64,000 nucleotides of DNA from Azospirillaceae bacterium (GTDB lineage Bacteria; Pseudomonadota; Alphaproteobacteria; Azospirillales; Azospirillaceae), in the NCBI GenBank assembly GCA_028281465.1, contig JANQJV010000345.1, positions 6,745 through 70,744 on the forward strand, read 5' to 3'. Each line of letters begins with the position of its first letter. The first letter of the stretch is position 1. Under the pieces are notes generated by a model. The model was not told where the DNA came from. It did no database searches and saw nothing but the letters and a program-made list of their open reading frames with translations. The position numbers and the translations under genes are program-made. Of the stretch, positions 38,778 to 48,199 are shown in pieces.

Positions 38778-39653
38778 CTATTCGGCCGCGTGAGTCAAAA
38801 CCCGCGTAGCGGCATAATCGCAGATGTGCCGGATCAACCTGTTCAGGTTGCAGCAAAGGGCATCAAACCCCGCATGCTTTTCCAGGCTGTCCTCATCCAT
38901 ATAAAGCCGGCGATTGATTTCGATCTGCAGGCTATGGCGACCTCGGCGCGGATTACCGTGGCGCCGGATTAGTTCGACGCCGGGGTAGGGCACATTGATG
39001 CCGACACGATACCCCATGCCTTCAAGGCAATGTTGAACGAAGCGCATGAAACCGGTTTCGCAGGTTGTGCCGTCCCGGTCGCCAAGCACGAAGTCGGGCA
39101 GGCTGGGCCGTGTCGACTCTGCACCGGTCAGCGCTGGTCCTGAAGGCATTGAATGGCAATTGAGGTGCCAAACACACCCGAACTCATCCACCAACCCATC
39201 GACGATGGATGACAGCTGGAAATGGTAGGGGCGGTAATAGCGATCGATTCGGGTGGCAACATCGTGCACCGCCAGTGGGCCGTCGTAGATTGGGACACCT
39301 GGCCGGCACAAGATGCGGATCAGCCCAATGCCGAAGGCGCTCTTGTCGCCCGGCCGGGCCCTACTACGCCAATCACCATCGAGAATCGTTGGATCGATGT
39401 CGTCAATGGCCCGGTTCGCGTCGATGTAGGAGCGCGGAAACAGTGCGCAGAGCAGCGTGGCGCCTGCCTCCGGCGCGACGGCGAATAATTCGTCAACATA
39501 CGCATCTTCCGCCTGACGAAGCAAATTGGCCGGGCAGGAGAAGTCGAAATCAGAAGGGTAGTTGGTTCCGCTGTGGGGAGAATCGAAGACCACGGGAAGG
39601 CGGTAGCCCACCGGATCATAGCGAACGAGAACGTCCTCGATGACGAAACTCAT
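38778..39653 (-). CDS. N-formylglutamate amidohydrolase family protein
   Basis: Start at ATG 39653 (MSFVIEDVL...). FGase-like motifs (VFDSPHSGTNYP, SYIDANR, HLNCHSMP). The track ORF extends to 39797. Confidence 0.8.
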   Translation of the reverse strand: MSFVIEDVLVRYDPVGYRLPVVFDSPHSGTNYPSDFDFSCPANLLRQAEDAYVDELFAVAPEAGATLLCALFPRSYIDANRAIDDIDPTILDGDWRSRARPGDKSAFGIGLIRILCRPGVPIYDGPLAVHDVATRIDRYYRPYHFQLSSIVDGLVDEFGCVWHLNCHSMPSGPALTGAESTRPSLPDFVLGDRDGTTCETGFMRFVQHCLEGMGYRVGINVPYPGVELIRRHGNPRRGRHSLQIEINRRLYMDEDSLEKHAGFDALCCNLNRLIRHICDYAATRVLTHAAE

Positions 39654-40006
39654 AATCGCCCATTCACCGTTGAAACTGCAAAAAAACCATCGCCGGCCGC
39701 CGCAGCCGCAGCGACGATGGCGTCCCATAAGGCCGCCTTTATAGAGCTTCGGTGCTGAAGCGTCGAACAAAAAACAATACGGCCCGAATCGGGGCATTGC
39801 CTGCGTTGGGAATCAGTAGCCATTAATGCATTGACCCTCCGAGGTTTTGCCTCTCCACATCGGTGTCGAATACGATAGTATTCCCCCACGTCCAATCGCG
39901 GCGGCTCCGATCCACTGCTTCGCGCCAGGATTGAGAATGCAATGGGGATGTCAGGACCAACAAACTGCATTATGAATTCAATTATGTCTCTGGAGCGGGA
40001 AAGGCC

Positions 40007-40402
40007 ATGTCATTCTTGGATAATCGCAATCCCAATTTGAGCCGGGAGGTTCGCACCCTCGTTGTCGCTGGACGGGCACGCCGGATCGGGCTGGAAACGT
40101 ATCTTTGGGAGGCGCTGGAAGAGATCGGCCGCCGGGAAGAGTTTACAATTCCAGAAGTACTTGATCGTTTGGCCAGCCAATTCAGCGGTGAATCCATCAC
40201 CGGAGTGCTTCGGTTGTTTATCATCCGATACTATGAAAATGCGGCCTCGGTTTCCGGCTCGACGCGCCACACCCTCGCCGAAACCGGCCCCGAGGCGGTG
40301 GCCGGAGTCTCCGAGCACAGTTCACTGGTCGATCGTGCCCTGGCTGATCTGGCGGCCCCTCGGGGCACCGCAGGAACCGACGCGGATGGTACCGACACCT
40401 AG
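40007..40402 (+). CDS. ribbon-helix-helix domain protein
   Basis: The N-terminal ~80 aa (RTLVVAGRARRIGLETYLWEALEEIGRREEFTIPEVLDRL...LRLFIIRYY) resemble the RHH_4-type family common in alphaproteobacteria. Called from memory of that family. Confidence 0.6.
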   Translation: MSFLDNRNPNLSREVRTLVVAGRARRIGLETYLWEALEEIGRREEFTIPEVLDRLASQFSGESITGVLRLFIIRYYENAASVSGSTRHTLAETGPEAVAGVSEHSSLVDRALADLAAPRGTAGTDADGTDT

Positions 40403-40502
40403 GGGGTGGCGTGGTTTGACATTCAATAGAGTCAGCGACTCCGCTGCAGCCATTTGATTTTGGGGCAGATCGCCGTTGCAGATTGAACCAATCTGCTCAA
40501 GA

Positions 40503-40572
40503 CTGACTCTCGCTCTTTGCTTTGTCGCGTTTTCAAACCGCGAACCCAGTGTCCACGTCCGCCGAAAATGCT
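40503..40572 (+). repeat. conserved upstream element, copy 2 (GAAC-N17-CGAA), no obvious downstream gene
   Basis: 18-mer at 40555-40572 identical to 18058-18075. tcaaaccgcgaacc block at 40533-40546. GAAC at 40542-40545 and CGAA at 40563-40566. An 8-bp inverted repeat ccggatac/gtatccgg lies at 40575-40582 and 40643-40650. Confidence 0.5.
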
Positions 40573-40711
40573 TTCCGGATACTCATTGCTTCAAACCGCG
40601 TCGCCGATTGGCGGCAGGCAACACGATCGCTTCCTCGTTGCGGTATCCGGGGCAGACAGATCCGCGCTGAGGTGACGCGCCAGAGAGCGGGGGCCGTTGG
40701 CCTTGGTACTG

Positions 40712-41407
40712 TCAACACCGTACGAATTGAAGATAGACTGGCCGTCGGCCGGCCGCCAAGGCTTTGCATTCGTAGCGCGTGCCGATCCAGCCTGGTGGAG
40801 GCGTGCGCCAATCGGCGGCGCGCCGAGCCTGCCAGATGAAGGCCGGATGCGACCAGGTTTGTTCCAACATCCAGCGGGTCAGTATGGGATCGTCGCTGGC
40901 CAGAAACAGGAGTGCGCCCGGTCGTAGGACCCGGGCCAATTGGTCAAGCGTAGCAGAATTGACCAGACGTCGGTTCCGATGCCGGTGTTTCGGCCACGGG
41001 TCGCTATAAAGAATGTCACACCGGCCGAATACGCCGTTGGGTAACCTGTGCAAAAACGGCCGCGCATCGTCCGGATAGATGCGGATGTTGCGCAAACCTT
41101 CGCACTCGATGCGGCTGAGCAGTGCTGCAACACCATTGAGGAACGGCTCGCAGCCCACCATGCCCACGTTTGGATGTCGTGCCGCCAAGCCCGCAAGATG
41201 TTCACCGCTGCCGAACCCGATCTCGATCCAGAGATCGCTGCAGCGGTTTGGGAACCAGTCATGGGGTTCCCCGGTCATATCCGTGCTGGGCAGATCGAGT
41301 CGGAACGCCGGCAAACGCTGATCCAGTAAGGCTCGCCGGTTCCGCCGAAGGGGGCGACCTCGGCGCCGCCCCCTGAATACCGGTGGCCATTCGATGCCGG
41401 GCATCAC
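40712..41407 (-). CDS. trmB: tRNA (guanine-N7)-methyltransferase
   Basis: 231 aa. SAM-binding motif (IEIGFGSGEH) and conserved DPWPK(H)RH motif. Confidence 0.9.
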   Translation of the reverse strand: MMPGIEWPPVFRGRRRGRPLRRNRRALLDQRLPAFRLDLPSTDMTGEPHDWFPNRCSDLWIEIGFGSGEHLAGLAARHPNVGMVGCEPFLNGVAALLSRIECEGLRNIRIYPDDARPFLHRLPNGVFGRCDILYSDPWPKHRHRNRRLVNSATLDQLARVLRPGALLFLASDDPILTRWMLEQTWSHPAFIWQARRAADWRTPPPGWIGTRYECKALAAGRRPVYLQFVRC

Positions 41408-41440
41408 GGAACAGGGTGTTTCGGCACGGCCGATCCGATG

Positions 41441-42610
41441 TTATCCAAACGCACGCCGCAATTCGTCTACGAGCCGGGTTTGTTCCCAGGAAAATCCACC
41501 GTCAGGCTCCGGTTCACGGCCGAAATGGCCGTACGCGGCCGTACGAGCATAGATCGGCCGATTCAGGCCCAGGTGCTCGCGGATGCCGCGTGGGGACAGA
41601 TTGACCATTTGCTGCATCACATCTGACAGCTTGTCCTCGTCGACCTGGCCGGTATCATGCGTGTTCACATAGACCGAAAGCGGGTGCGAGATGCCAATGG
41701 CATAAGAGACTTGAATAGTGCACTTCTCTGCCAAACCCGCCGCCACAACGTTCTTGGCCAGGTAACGGCATGCGTACGCAGCCGATCGGTCGACCTTCGT
41801 TGGATCTTTGCCAGAGAAAGCCCCACCACCGTGCGGGGCGGCCCCACCATAGGTGTCGACAATGATCTTGCGTCCGGTCAGGCCGGCATCACCATCCGGC
41901 CCACCGATTACGAAGCGGCCGGTCGGATTAACGTAGAAACGATCGTCCGAACACATCCATCCATCCGGTAGGACATTGACGACATGAGGGCGAACGATTT
42001 GACGCACATCATCGATGCTGAGAGACGTATCATGCTGGGTTGAGACCACCACGGAATGGGCACCAACCGGCTTTCCGCCCTCATATTTTAGAGTAACTTG
42101 GCTCTTGGCGTCCGGACCAAGCCCTGGTTCGGCCCCGGAATGCCGCGCTTCTGCAAGCGAGCGGAGGATGGCGTGGGCATAATAAATGGGGGCCGGCATG
42201 AGGGCCGGCGTCTCAGTGCAGGCGAAACCGAACATGATGCCCTGGTCACCGGCACCCTCGTCCTTGTTGTCCTTGGCATCGACACCGATGGCGATGTCCG
42301 CCGACTGCTCATGGACGAGCACGTTGACATCGGCATTCTGCCAATGGAAACCCTCTTGCTCGTAGCCGATCTCCTTGACTGCCTTGCGGGCCGTCGCTTC
42401 CATCAGCTCCGGTGTGATGCTCGCCGGTCCGCGTGTCTCGCCGGCTAAAACGACTTTGTTGGTGGTGGTCAGGGTTTCCACGGCCACACGCGCTTGCGGA
42501 TCAGCCGTGAGAAAAAGGTCGACGACGGCATCCGAAATCCGGTCACAGACCTTGTCGGGGTGACCTTCGGAAACGGATTCGCTCGTAAAGTAGTAGTTTA
42601 GTTTTGACAC
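41441..42610 (-). CDS. metK: S-adenosylmethionine synthase
   Basis: 389 aa. Hallmark motifs [19 protein letters not shown] and [19 protein letters not shown] start at 42610 with GAGG 8 nt upstream. Confidence 0.97.
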   Translation of the reverse strand: MSKLNYYFTSESVSEGHPDKVCDRISDAVVDLFLTADPQARVAVETLTTTNKVVLAGETRGPASITPELMEATARKAVKEIGYEQEGFHWQNADVNVLVHEQSADIAIGVDAKDNKDEGAGDQGIMFGFACTETPALMPAPIYYAHAILRSLAEARHSGAEPGLGPDAKSQVTLKYEGGKPVGAHSVVVSTQHDTSLSIDDVRQIVRPHVVNVLPDGWMCSDDRFYVNPTGRFVIGGPDGDAGLTGRKIIVDTYGGAAPHGGGAFSGKDPTKVDRSAAYACRYLAKNVVAAGLAEKCTIQVSYAIGISHPLSVYVNTHDTGQVDEDKLSDVMQQMVNLSPRGIREHLGLNRPIYARTAAYGHFGREPEPDGGFSWEQTRLVDELRRAFG

Positions 42611-42795
42611 GACGGACCTCTATCGAAACGAAATTCGCACCAATCTGCCGGCAAACAAAGCATCCGGCGGATGCGAGATACGCCATCATGCAGTCCTGAG
42701 CCCATCCGTCAAGTTTCTGGCGCCACACTGGCGACGCGACCGGACAACGCCAAGTCGACGATCGGCAATTCTCATACGAGTCGCAGCACGGCAAC

Positions 42796-43113
42796 TCAGG
42801 CTTGGGAGGCCGCACTCTCCAGGGTCAAGGTGGTTGTCGCCAGGGAGTCACTTCGCGGTGGCGTTGGCAATTCGACGTTGACTTCGAGAGTTGAGCACTC
42901 GGTTCCTCGGTCAAGTTTGACCTCGACACGATTCGTATCCAGATCGACGTATTTTGCAATCACGGCCAGCAGTTCTTGTTGCAAGACAGGTAGGAAATCC
43001 GGCCCACAGCGCCCGACACGCTCGTGCGCCATGACGATCTGCAGTCGTTCCTTCGCCTGTGCTGCGGGACTAGATTTGGCCCGCGGGGAGCGAAAGAAAT
43101 CGAATATCCTCAT
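42796..43113 (-). CDS. minE: cell division topological specificity factor MinE
   Basis: 105 aa. N-terminal FFRSPR..SAAQAKERLQIV and the central ELLAVIAKYV motif. Overlaps the minD stop by 4 nt. Confidence 0.9.
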   Translation of the reverse strand: MRIFDFFRSPRAKSSPAAQAKERLQIVMAHERVGRCGPDFLPVLQQELLAVIAKYVDLDTNRVEVKLDRGTECSTLEVNVELPTPPRSDSLATTTLTLESAASQA

Positions 43114-43925
43114 GCCGTCCTCCCAAACAACCGGTCCATGAAGCCACGGCGTTCCGGTTGCATGAAGCGGTACTCGACCTGTTCACCCAGGAACCGGGCG
43201 ACCGCATCAGCATAGGCCATGCCGGCATTGCTCTTGCTGTCCAGGATTACCGGCATGCCGATGTTCGAAGCACGCAGAACCGCCTGGCTCTCCGGCACAA
43301 CGCCGAGCAGGGGAATCGCGAGGATTTCCAGCACATCATCGACGGTGAGCATATCGCCCTTGGCCACGCGTGCCGGGTCGTAGCGTGTGAGCAGCAGATT
43401 TTCACGCACGGGCTCCAGGTTTTGCTCCGCCCGGCGCGACCGGGCACCCAGCATGCCTAGAATACGATCACTGTCACGGACCGAGGAGACTTCCGGGTTG
43501 GTGACAATGATCGCTTCATCGGCGAAATAGAGCGCAAGCAGGGCCCCGCGTTCGATGCCTGCCGGGGAGTCGCAAACGATGAAGTCGAAATCCCGGCGCA
43601 GTTCGTCCAGCACCTTCTCGACACCGTCTTTGGTCAGAGCGTCTTTGTCCCGCGTTTGCGATGCGGGCAGTACGGATAGTCCGTCAACTCGTTTGTCCTT
43701 GATCAGCGCTTGGTGGAGTTTCGCTTCGTTATTGATGACATTGACGAAATCGAACACCACACGGCGTTCGCATCCCATGATGAGGTCTAGATTGCGCAGG
43801 CCTATGTCGAAGTCGATCACCACCGTCTTATGTCCCCGCAGGGCGAACCCGGTGGCAAATGCCGCAGCCGAAGTCGTTTTGCCGACCCCGCCCTTGCCAG
43901 ACGTCATGACGATGATCTTGGCCAA
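43110..43925 (-). CDS. minD: septum site-determining ATPase MinD
   Basis: 271 aa. Deviant Walker A (SGKGGVGKTT) and a C-terminal amphipathic membrane-targeting helix (RRGFMDRLFG). Confidence 0.95.
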   Translation of the reverse strand: MAKIIVMTSGKGGVGKTTSAAAFATGFALRGHKTVVIDFDIGLRNLDLIMGCERRVVFDFVNVINNEAKLHQALIKDKRVDGLSVLPASQTRDKDALTKDGVEKVLDELRRDFDFIVCDSPAGIERGALLALYFADEAIIVTNPEVSSVRDSDRILGMLGARSRRAEQNLEPVRENLLLTRYDPARVAKGDMLTVDDVLEILAIPLLGVVPESQAVLRASNIGMPVILDSKSNAGMAYADAVARFLGEQVEYRFMQPERRGFMDRLFGRTA

Positions 43926-43959
43926 CGAGCTCTCCTTGGTCTCAGGTGTTGCATCCTGG

Positions 43960-44823
43960 TCATGCGGTTGGACCGACCGCCTGTGGCATGACCTTCATTG
44001 TGAGGTATCCATCTTCAAGTAAGATCTGAGCCGGCTTTTTGAATACGTCCGGGTCAATGTCTTCGTTAACTCGGTAGAGACCGGCGATGGACACCATTTC
44101 TGCTTCAAGACTCATGCAGAAGATGCGGGCGGACGGCGTTCCGGTCAGACCGGCCAGGGCCCGGCCGCGCAACGGCCCATAGATGTGAATGCTACCATCG
44201 GCCAGTACTTCGGCGCCGGGACTGACCGAACTCAAAACAATGAGGTCCGTATGGCGGGCATACACCTGGCGCCCGGACCGGATTGGTTCGGAGATGATCA
44301 TCGGCGGGGTAGGCGGGGCCGGAGTCGGCGGCTGTGCAGGGGGGGCGGACGCGGGGGCCTCGGCATCCATTTTTGCTGCCCGTCCGGCGGGGAAGGGCGG
44401 CAGCCCCAGCGTCAGCGCCGTGTCGCGGAGCAGTGGTGTGCCACCGTGCACACCGATCGGAAACAGGCCAAAAGCGCGTAGACGGCGTACAAAGGTAGAC
44501 AAATGGAGGCATCGATCCGGCGCAAGGGATTCAAAATCCAGAACCAGTGGTGCATTCTTGAAAAAGTTAGGCGCCTGGCGCACTTTTTCATCTAATTTGG
44601 CGAAAAAGCTCGAATCGTCCGGATCCAGAATCCGTAGCACCATCATCGTGAAGCCACTGCCGCGAAACTGGAACGGCATTGCGGCCTCTGCCCCACCGTT
44701 CGGCACGGCTGTCAAGCCGGGCTGAGTCTGCTCCTTCGTCCCGGCGACTGGTACGGACTGGTGTGTTTCATGTACCAATGCGCCGACCGGCGATGCCACG
44801 GCCGACTGTGCCTGATCGTCCAT
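43960..44823 (-). CDS. minC: septum site-determining protein MinC
   Basis: Start chosen at ATG 44823 (MDDQAQS...) preceded by GGGGGA. The C-terminal beta-helix region (SGRQVYARHTDLIVLSSVSPGAEVLADGSIHIYGPLRGRALAG) is MinC-typical. The track ORF runs on to 45264. Confidence 0.85.
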   Translation of the reverse strand: MDDQAQSAVASPVGALVHETHQSVPVAGTKEQTQPGLTAVPNGGAEAAMPFQFRGSGFTMMVLRILDPDDSSFFAKLDEKVRQAPNFFKNAPLVLDFESLAPDRCLHLSTFVRRLRAFGLFPIGVHGGTPLLRDTALTLGLPPFPAGRAAKMDAEAPASAPPAQPPTPAPPTPPMIISEPIRSGRQVYARHTDLIVLSSVSPGAEVLADGSIHIYGPLRGRALAGLTGTPSARIFCMSLEAEMVSIAGLYRVNEDIDPDVFKKPAQILLEDGYLTMKVMPQAVGPTA

Positions 44824-45058
44824 CGTTCCCCCTCGATTGCGAGACCGCATGCACGCGTCGCAATCCACCCGCCGTGGGTTCGGGCCCCGTTTCCGTTCTG
44901 GCCGCACCCCGCCCTTGGTAAACGGGTTTGTGATCACCCCAAAATAGAGATGCAGACTGCAAAAATGGTATCCAGCATCTTCTGTGCAACAAATTATAGT
45001 ATGGACCGTTGGGCGCAAGCGAAAATTCGCAGCGGTCGGGCCTGCGCCCCAGATCCGT

Positions 45059-45301
45059 TCAATCCGGATCCGCCAGATCGCTGGCCAGAAGTGCGGCGCG
45101 CCGGCGGTCGAACTCCTCGACCGACAAATGGCCACGGTCGCGCATGATGGCCAAGGCGCGCAAGGATTGACGAGTCGAGTCCGGCAGGCAGGCGCTCTCT
45201 GCATCGGCCTCGGCGTTGGCGGCCGCGCTGCTGGATCTGCGCAGGCGATATTGGGGCCGGGCATCGGCCCAAACGCTTTTGAAACGGCGGACGGTGGTCA
45301 C
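45059..45301 (-). CDS. small SHOCT-domain-like protein
   Basis: 80-aa ORF. The C-terminal LRALAIMRDRGHLSVEEFDRRRAALL matches the SHOCT pattern (L..L..G.it.eEF...k..LL). Weak evidence otherwise. Confidence 0.4.
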   Translation of the reverse strand: MTTVRRFKSVWADARPQYRLRRSSSAAANAEADAESACLPDSTRQSLRALAIMRDRGHLSVEEFDRRRAALLASDLADPD

Positions 45302-45721
45302 CGGTTCCCACCATCCACGGCCGTCCGCGTGGCAGTGGATCGGTCGCGGACAGGCGTCGAAAACGACCAGACCCGGGGCTGATGTGCACTAGGTCTTGTG
45401 TGAAGGTTTTCTGTAAACAGCAATTGTAGCTGACAGCCCAAGATTCCTCCGCTACTGTCCGAGCGTCATCAAGAGGTGATGAGGACGTGTTCCGCGCGCC
45501 TCTGGTCGCCGACCTGGCGCATCCACCGTGCAGGAGATTGGCGTCGTTTGTCCATGGTTGTGGTCCTACCGCCCTTCGGATGCCTGCTGCCATCAAGTCG
45601 GGGCCAAGCTCGAGGCCCAGCTTGGGGTGGTGCCAATCCTCCGCAATCGGTCGCGAGAGCGGGAGAGCAGCCCAGAACAAGGACATGGGGCTGTTGCCGA
45701 TGCCGCCACCGGGATGAAGAC

Positions 45722-45747
45722 AACCGTCCGTTTCGGGCGGTTTTTTT
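45722..45747 (+). terminator. Rho-independent terminator with no assigned upstream gene
   Basis: aaccgtccg-ttt-cgggcggtt hairpin (7 core pairs including one G-U, extendable by two A-U pairs) followed directly by a T7 run (45741-45747). It lies 63 nt upstream of the phoH start. Confidence 0.6.
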
Positions 45748-45809
45748 GTGCCTGCCGTTTGCAAATCCCCGATCAGTCCCTACCCACGTCCAGGAGCGAG
45801 GAGAGCAGA

Positions 45810-46547
45810 ATGGCCAAGCGCCAAACCAAACCCGTGCCATCCGATTCGACCGTCGACGCAAACATTTTTCCGTTGTTCCCGGAATCCGACGGTTGGGACC
45901 CATTGGATGATCGGCGGGACCAAAGCTACCTGCGCAAAGTCAAACCCAAATCGCTCAATCAGAAACGGCTGCTCGACGCGATCGCGCGCCATCATTTGAC
46001 CCTGGCGCTTGGGCCGGCAGGGACGGGCAAGACGTATCTCGCCATCAGCTCCGCCGTCCAGGCGCTTGAAGACGGCCACGTCGACCGCATTGTCTTGTCG
46101 CGGCCAGCGATCGAAGCGGGGGAGAGTATCGGATACCTGCCTGGCGACATGCACGAGAAGATGGCACCATTCCTACGCCCGCTCTTTGATGCGTTGGCTG
46201 ATCGGGTTGGAGGCAAGCGTCTGCGTGCCTTCATGGGTGACGGTGCTGTGGAGATCGCCCCGATCGGCTTCATGCGCGGGCGCACCTTGAACAATGCCTT
46301 CGTTGTTATCGACGAGGCACAGAACTGCACCTATGGCCAACTCAAAATGATGCTCACCCGTCTTGGCTGGCACTCGACGATGGTGTTGACCGGCGATCCG
46401 GACCAGAGCGATCTGCTCGATGGCATGTCGGGCCTGTCCGATATCGCCAGGCGTCTAGGGGGGGTGTCCGGCGTTGCCGTGGTCCATCTCGACGAATCCG
46501 ATATCGTTCGGCATCCGCTGGTGGCCAGCATGCTGAACGTGTTGTAG
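45810..46547 (+). CDS. phoH: PhoH family ATPase
   Basis: Start at ATG 45810 with GGAGCGAGGAGAG upstream. Walker A (GPAGTGKT), Walker B (VVIDEAQN) and the PhoH signature (TGDPDQSDL). The track ORF start at 45528 would read through the terminator. Confidence 0.9.
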   Translation: MAKRQTKPVPSDSTVDANIFPLFPESDGWDPLDDRRDQSYLRKVKPKSLNQKRLLDAIARHHLTLALGPAGTGKTYLAISSAVQALEDGHVDRIVLSRPAIEAGESIGYLPGDMHEKMAPFLRPLFDALADRVGGKRLRAFMGDGAVEIAPIGFMRGRTLNNAFVVIDEAQNCTYGQLKMMLTRLGWHSTMVLTGDPDQSDLLDGMSGLSDIARRLGGVSGVAVVHLDESDIVRHPLVASMLNVL

Positions 46548-46765
46548 CGTCTCCGGTCCGGGGCGCGGGGACCGGGCGATCGCCACGCCGCGTTCCGGGC
46601 CCTGTGCCGATCAGGATTTCTCGGCCTGGGCGAGTCCGCGTTCGTCACCATGCGTTGGGGTGGCGGGGCATCCCGTTATGTCGGTCTACGCTTGTCCTGT
46701 CGGTTTGCCATGCCCATGTCTGCGCTCAAAGCGGAAACCGGGGTTAAGGGCGAAAGTAGAGAGTC

Positions 46766-47374
46766 ATGAGGAGCCGCACACTGCGCGTGGTCTTGTCCAT
46801 GTTGGTCGGCCTTTTGGTGGCGGCGGGCATCGCTTGGTGGCAGGTGGAGCAAGCCGGTTTGGTCGATCGGCCGGGGACTGAGGCGTCGGTGCCGATCGGT
46901 GGGCCGTTTTCCCTGACCGACCATACGGGACGGCGCATTACCGAGGCGGATTTTCGTGGCAAACTGATGCTGGTTTACTTCGGCTATACCTACTGCCCCG
47001 ACATCTGTCCCACCGAACTCTACACGATGAGCCTGGCGCTCGACCGCCTCGGCGCGGAGTCCGAACAGATTCGTGCACTGTTCGTGTCCGTCGATCCGGA
47101 ACGCGACGACCTGGCGTTGCTGCGCGACTATATCGCGCTGTTTCATCCGGACATGGTCGCCGCCACCGGCACTCCGGACGAGATCGAGGCCATGGCCCGC
47201 GCTTACCGCGTCTATTATGCGCGAGCTGAAAACCCGGATGGCGGCCCTTATCTCATGGACCATTCGACGTTCATTTATCTCATGTCCGAGGTAGGTGATC
47301 TTGTCACAGTGTTCCCGGCGGGGGGGCAACCCGAAGCCATCGTTGATGCCGTGCGGGCCCGTCTAACGACGTGA
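46766..47374 (+). CDS. SCO1/SenC family copper chaperone (thioredoxin fold)
   Basis: N-terminal membrane anchor, CPDICP motif and a downstream conserved His (DHS). Confidence 0.9.
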   Translation: MRSRTLRVVLSMLVGLLVAAGIAWWQVEQAGLVDRPGTEASVPIGGPFSLTDHTGRRITEADFRGKLMLVYFGYTYCPDICPTELYTMSLALDRLGAESEQIRALFVSVDPERDDLALLRDYIALFHPDMVAATGTPDEIEAMARAYRVYYARAENPDGGPYLMDHSTFIYLMSEVGDLVTVFPAGGQPEAIVDAVRARLTT

Positions 47375-47614
47375 CGTGTGAAAAAGGTGGCTTCCGGTTT
47401 TCCGCCTTGACGCGGATCATACGAAAACTTACGAAACTAGGCTTGGGTATTGGCGCGATGACATGCGGATCGCTGTGGGAGCGTGGGCACGCACGTCGGG
47501 TGGTGCCGTGGTCATGTGAATGGCGTCAGATCGGCCAGCCACAAGCAGAGGCGCTCTCGACGACGAGCGGTGTCCCTGGTTCTTCAACTTAGGCGTCAAA
47601 CGAGGAAAAAAACG

Positions 47615-47839
47615 ATGGATATCGAAGTTGCCAAATATTTCGCGGCGGTGCTCGCCATTGCGCCGCTGATCGCCGTTGCCATGGCCCTCGGCAATATCTT
47701 CTCGACCGCGATCAGCTCGGTCGGACGCAATCCGGGAGCCCGCGACGGTATCTTCCCGCTCACCATTCTCGGTTTTGCGTTGACAGAAGCGATTGCGCTG
47801 TTCGCGCTGTTGGTCGCGTTCCTGATCCTGTTCGCTTAA
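47615..47839 (+). CDS. atpE: F0F1 ATP synthase subunit c, divergent copy 1 (AxAxAxG helix-1 motif)
   Basis: 74 aa, ATG 47615. Hairpin of two TM helices with an RNP loop (VGRNPGARD) and the carboxylate in helix 2 ([11 protein letters not shown]). Helix 1 reads LIAVAMALG rather than a Gly-rich motif. Confidence 0.85.
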   Translation: MDIEVAKYFAAVLAIAPLIAVAMALGNIFSTAISSVGRNPGARDGIFPLTILGFALTEAIALFALLVAFLILFA

Positions 47840-48110
47840 GCGCCCTCAGGCAGTGGCGGAGCGGCGGCGACCGTGCCTCGGGCAAGCTCGGGCGGGGATA
47901 GCCTGTCGCTCGCCAAGCCCGTGAGCAATCCGTCGGCAACAGTCGTGTGGCCGACGGCGATGGGAGGGGCAGTCAGCCAAGCTGGTTGCGACTTGCTAAT
48001 TGTGTTGCGCTGCCAAAACCGTCTCGTGTAGAGCTTGACGCCTTGCCGCCGCCAAGCTGATGGGACCCGATCCATGGTGTTCCGAGCGGTTTTGCCGTTC
48101 AATGCACAAT

Positions 48111-48149
48111 GACTCGGTTTCGGGACTCGGTTTCGGGACTCGGTTTCGG
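48111..48149. repeat. 13-bp tandem repeat, 3 exact copies (gactcggtttcgg)
   Basis: Units at 48111-48123, 48124-48136 and 48137-48149, in the 360-bp spacer between the two c-subunit genes. Confidence 0.9.
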
Positions 48150-48199
48150 CCGGCTCTCGGCTTGGCATTCAGGTCGTGTCCGAAGAGGGATCGAGAACA

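Noticed and set aside
42611-42795. Possible SAM riboswitch (SAM-II, SAM-V or SAM/SAH) in the 185-nt metK leader
   Set aside because: I found a short hairpin (gcatcc-gcc-ggatgc) followed by tttgttt on the metK strand. I could not find the conserved SAM-II AAAGCU-type or SAM/SAH core sequences from memory. The hairpin may simply terminate minCDE. An Infernal scan against RF00521, RF01826 and RF01727 would settle it.
44824-45264. N-terminal extension of the minC ORF (track 43960..45264), and likewise the extensions of phoH (45528), glnD (2778), hrpB (31669), the MFP gene (30469) and the FGase-like gene (39797)
   Set aside because: The extensions are compositionally odd, lack SD sequences, and exceed normal family lengths. 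Internal ATG/GTG codons with SD sequences give products of canonical size. The phoH extension would also read through a strong terminator.
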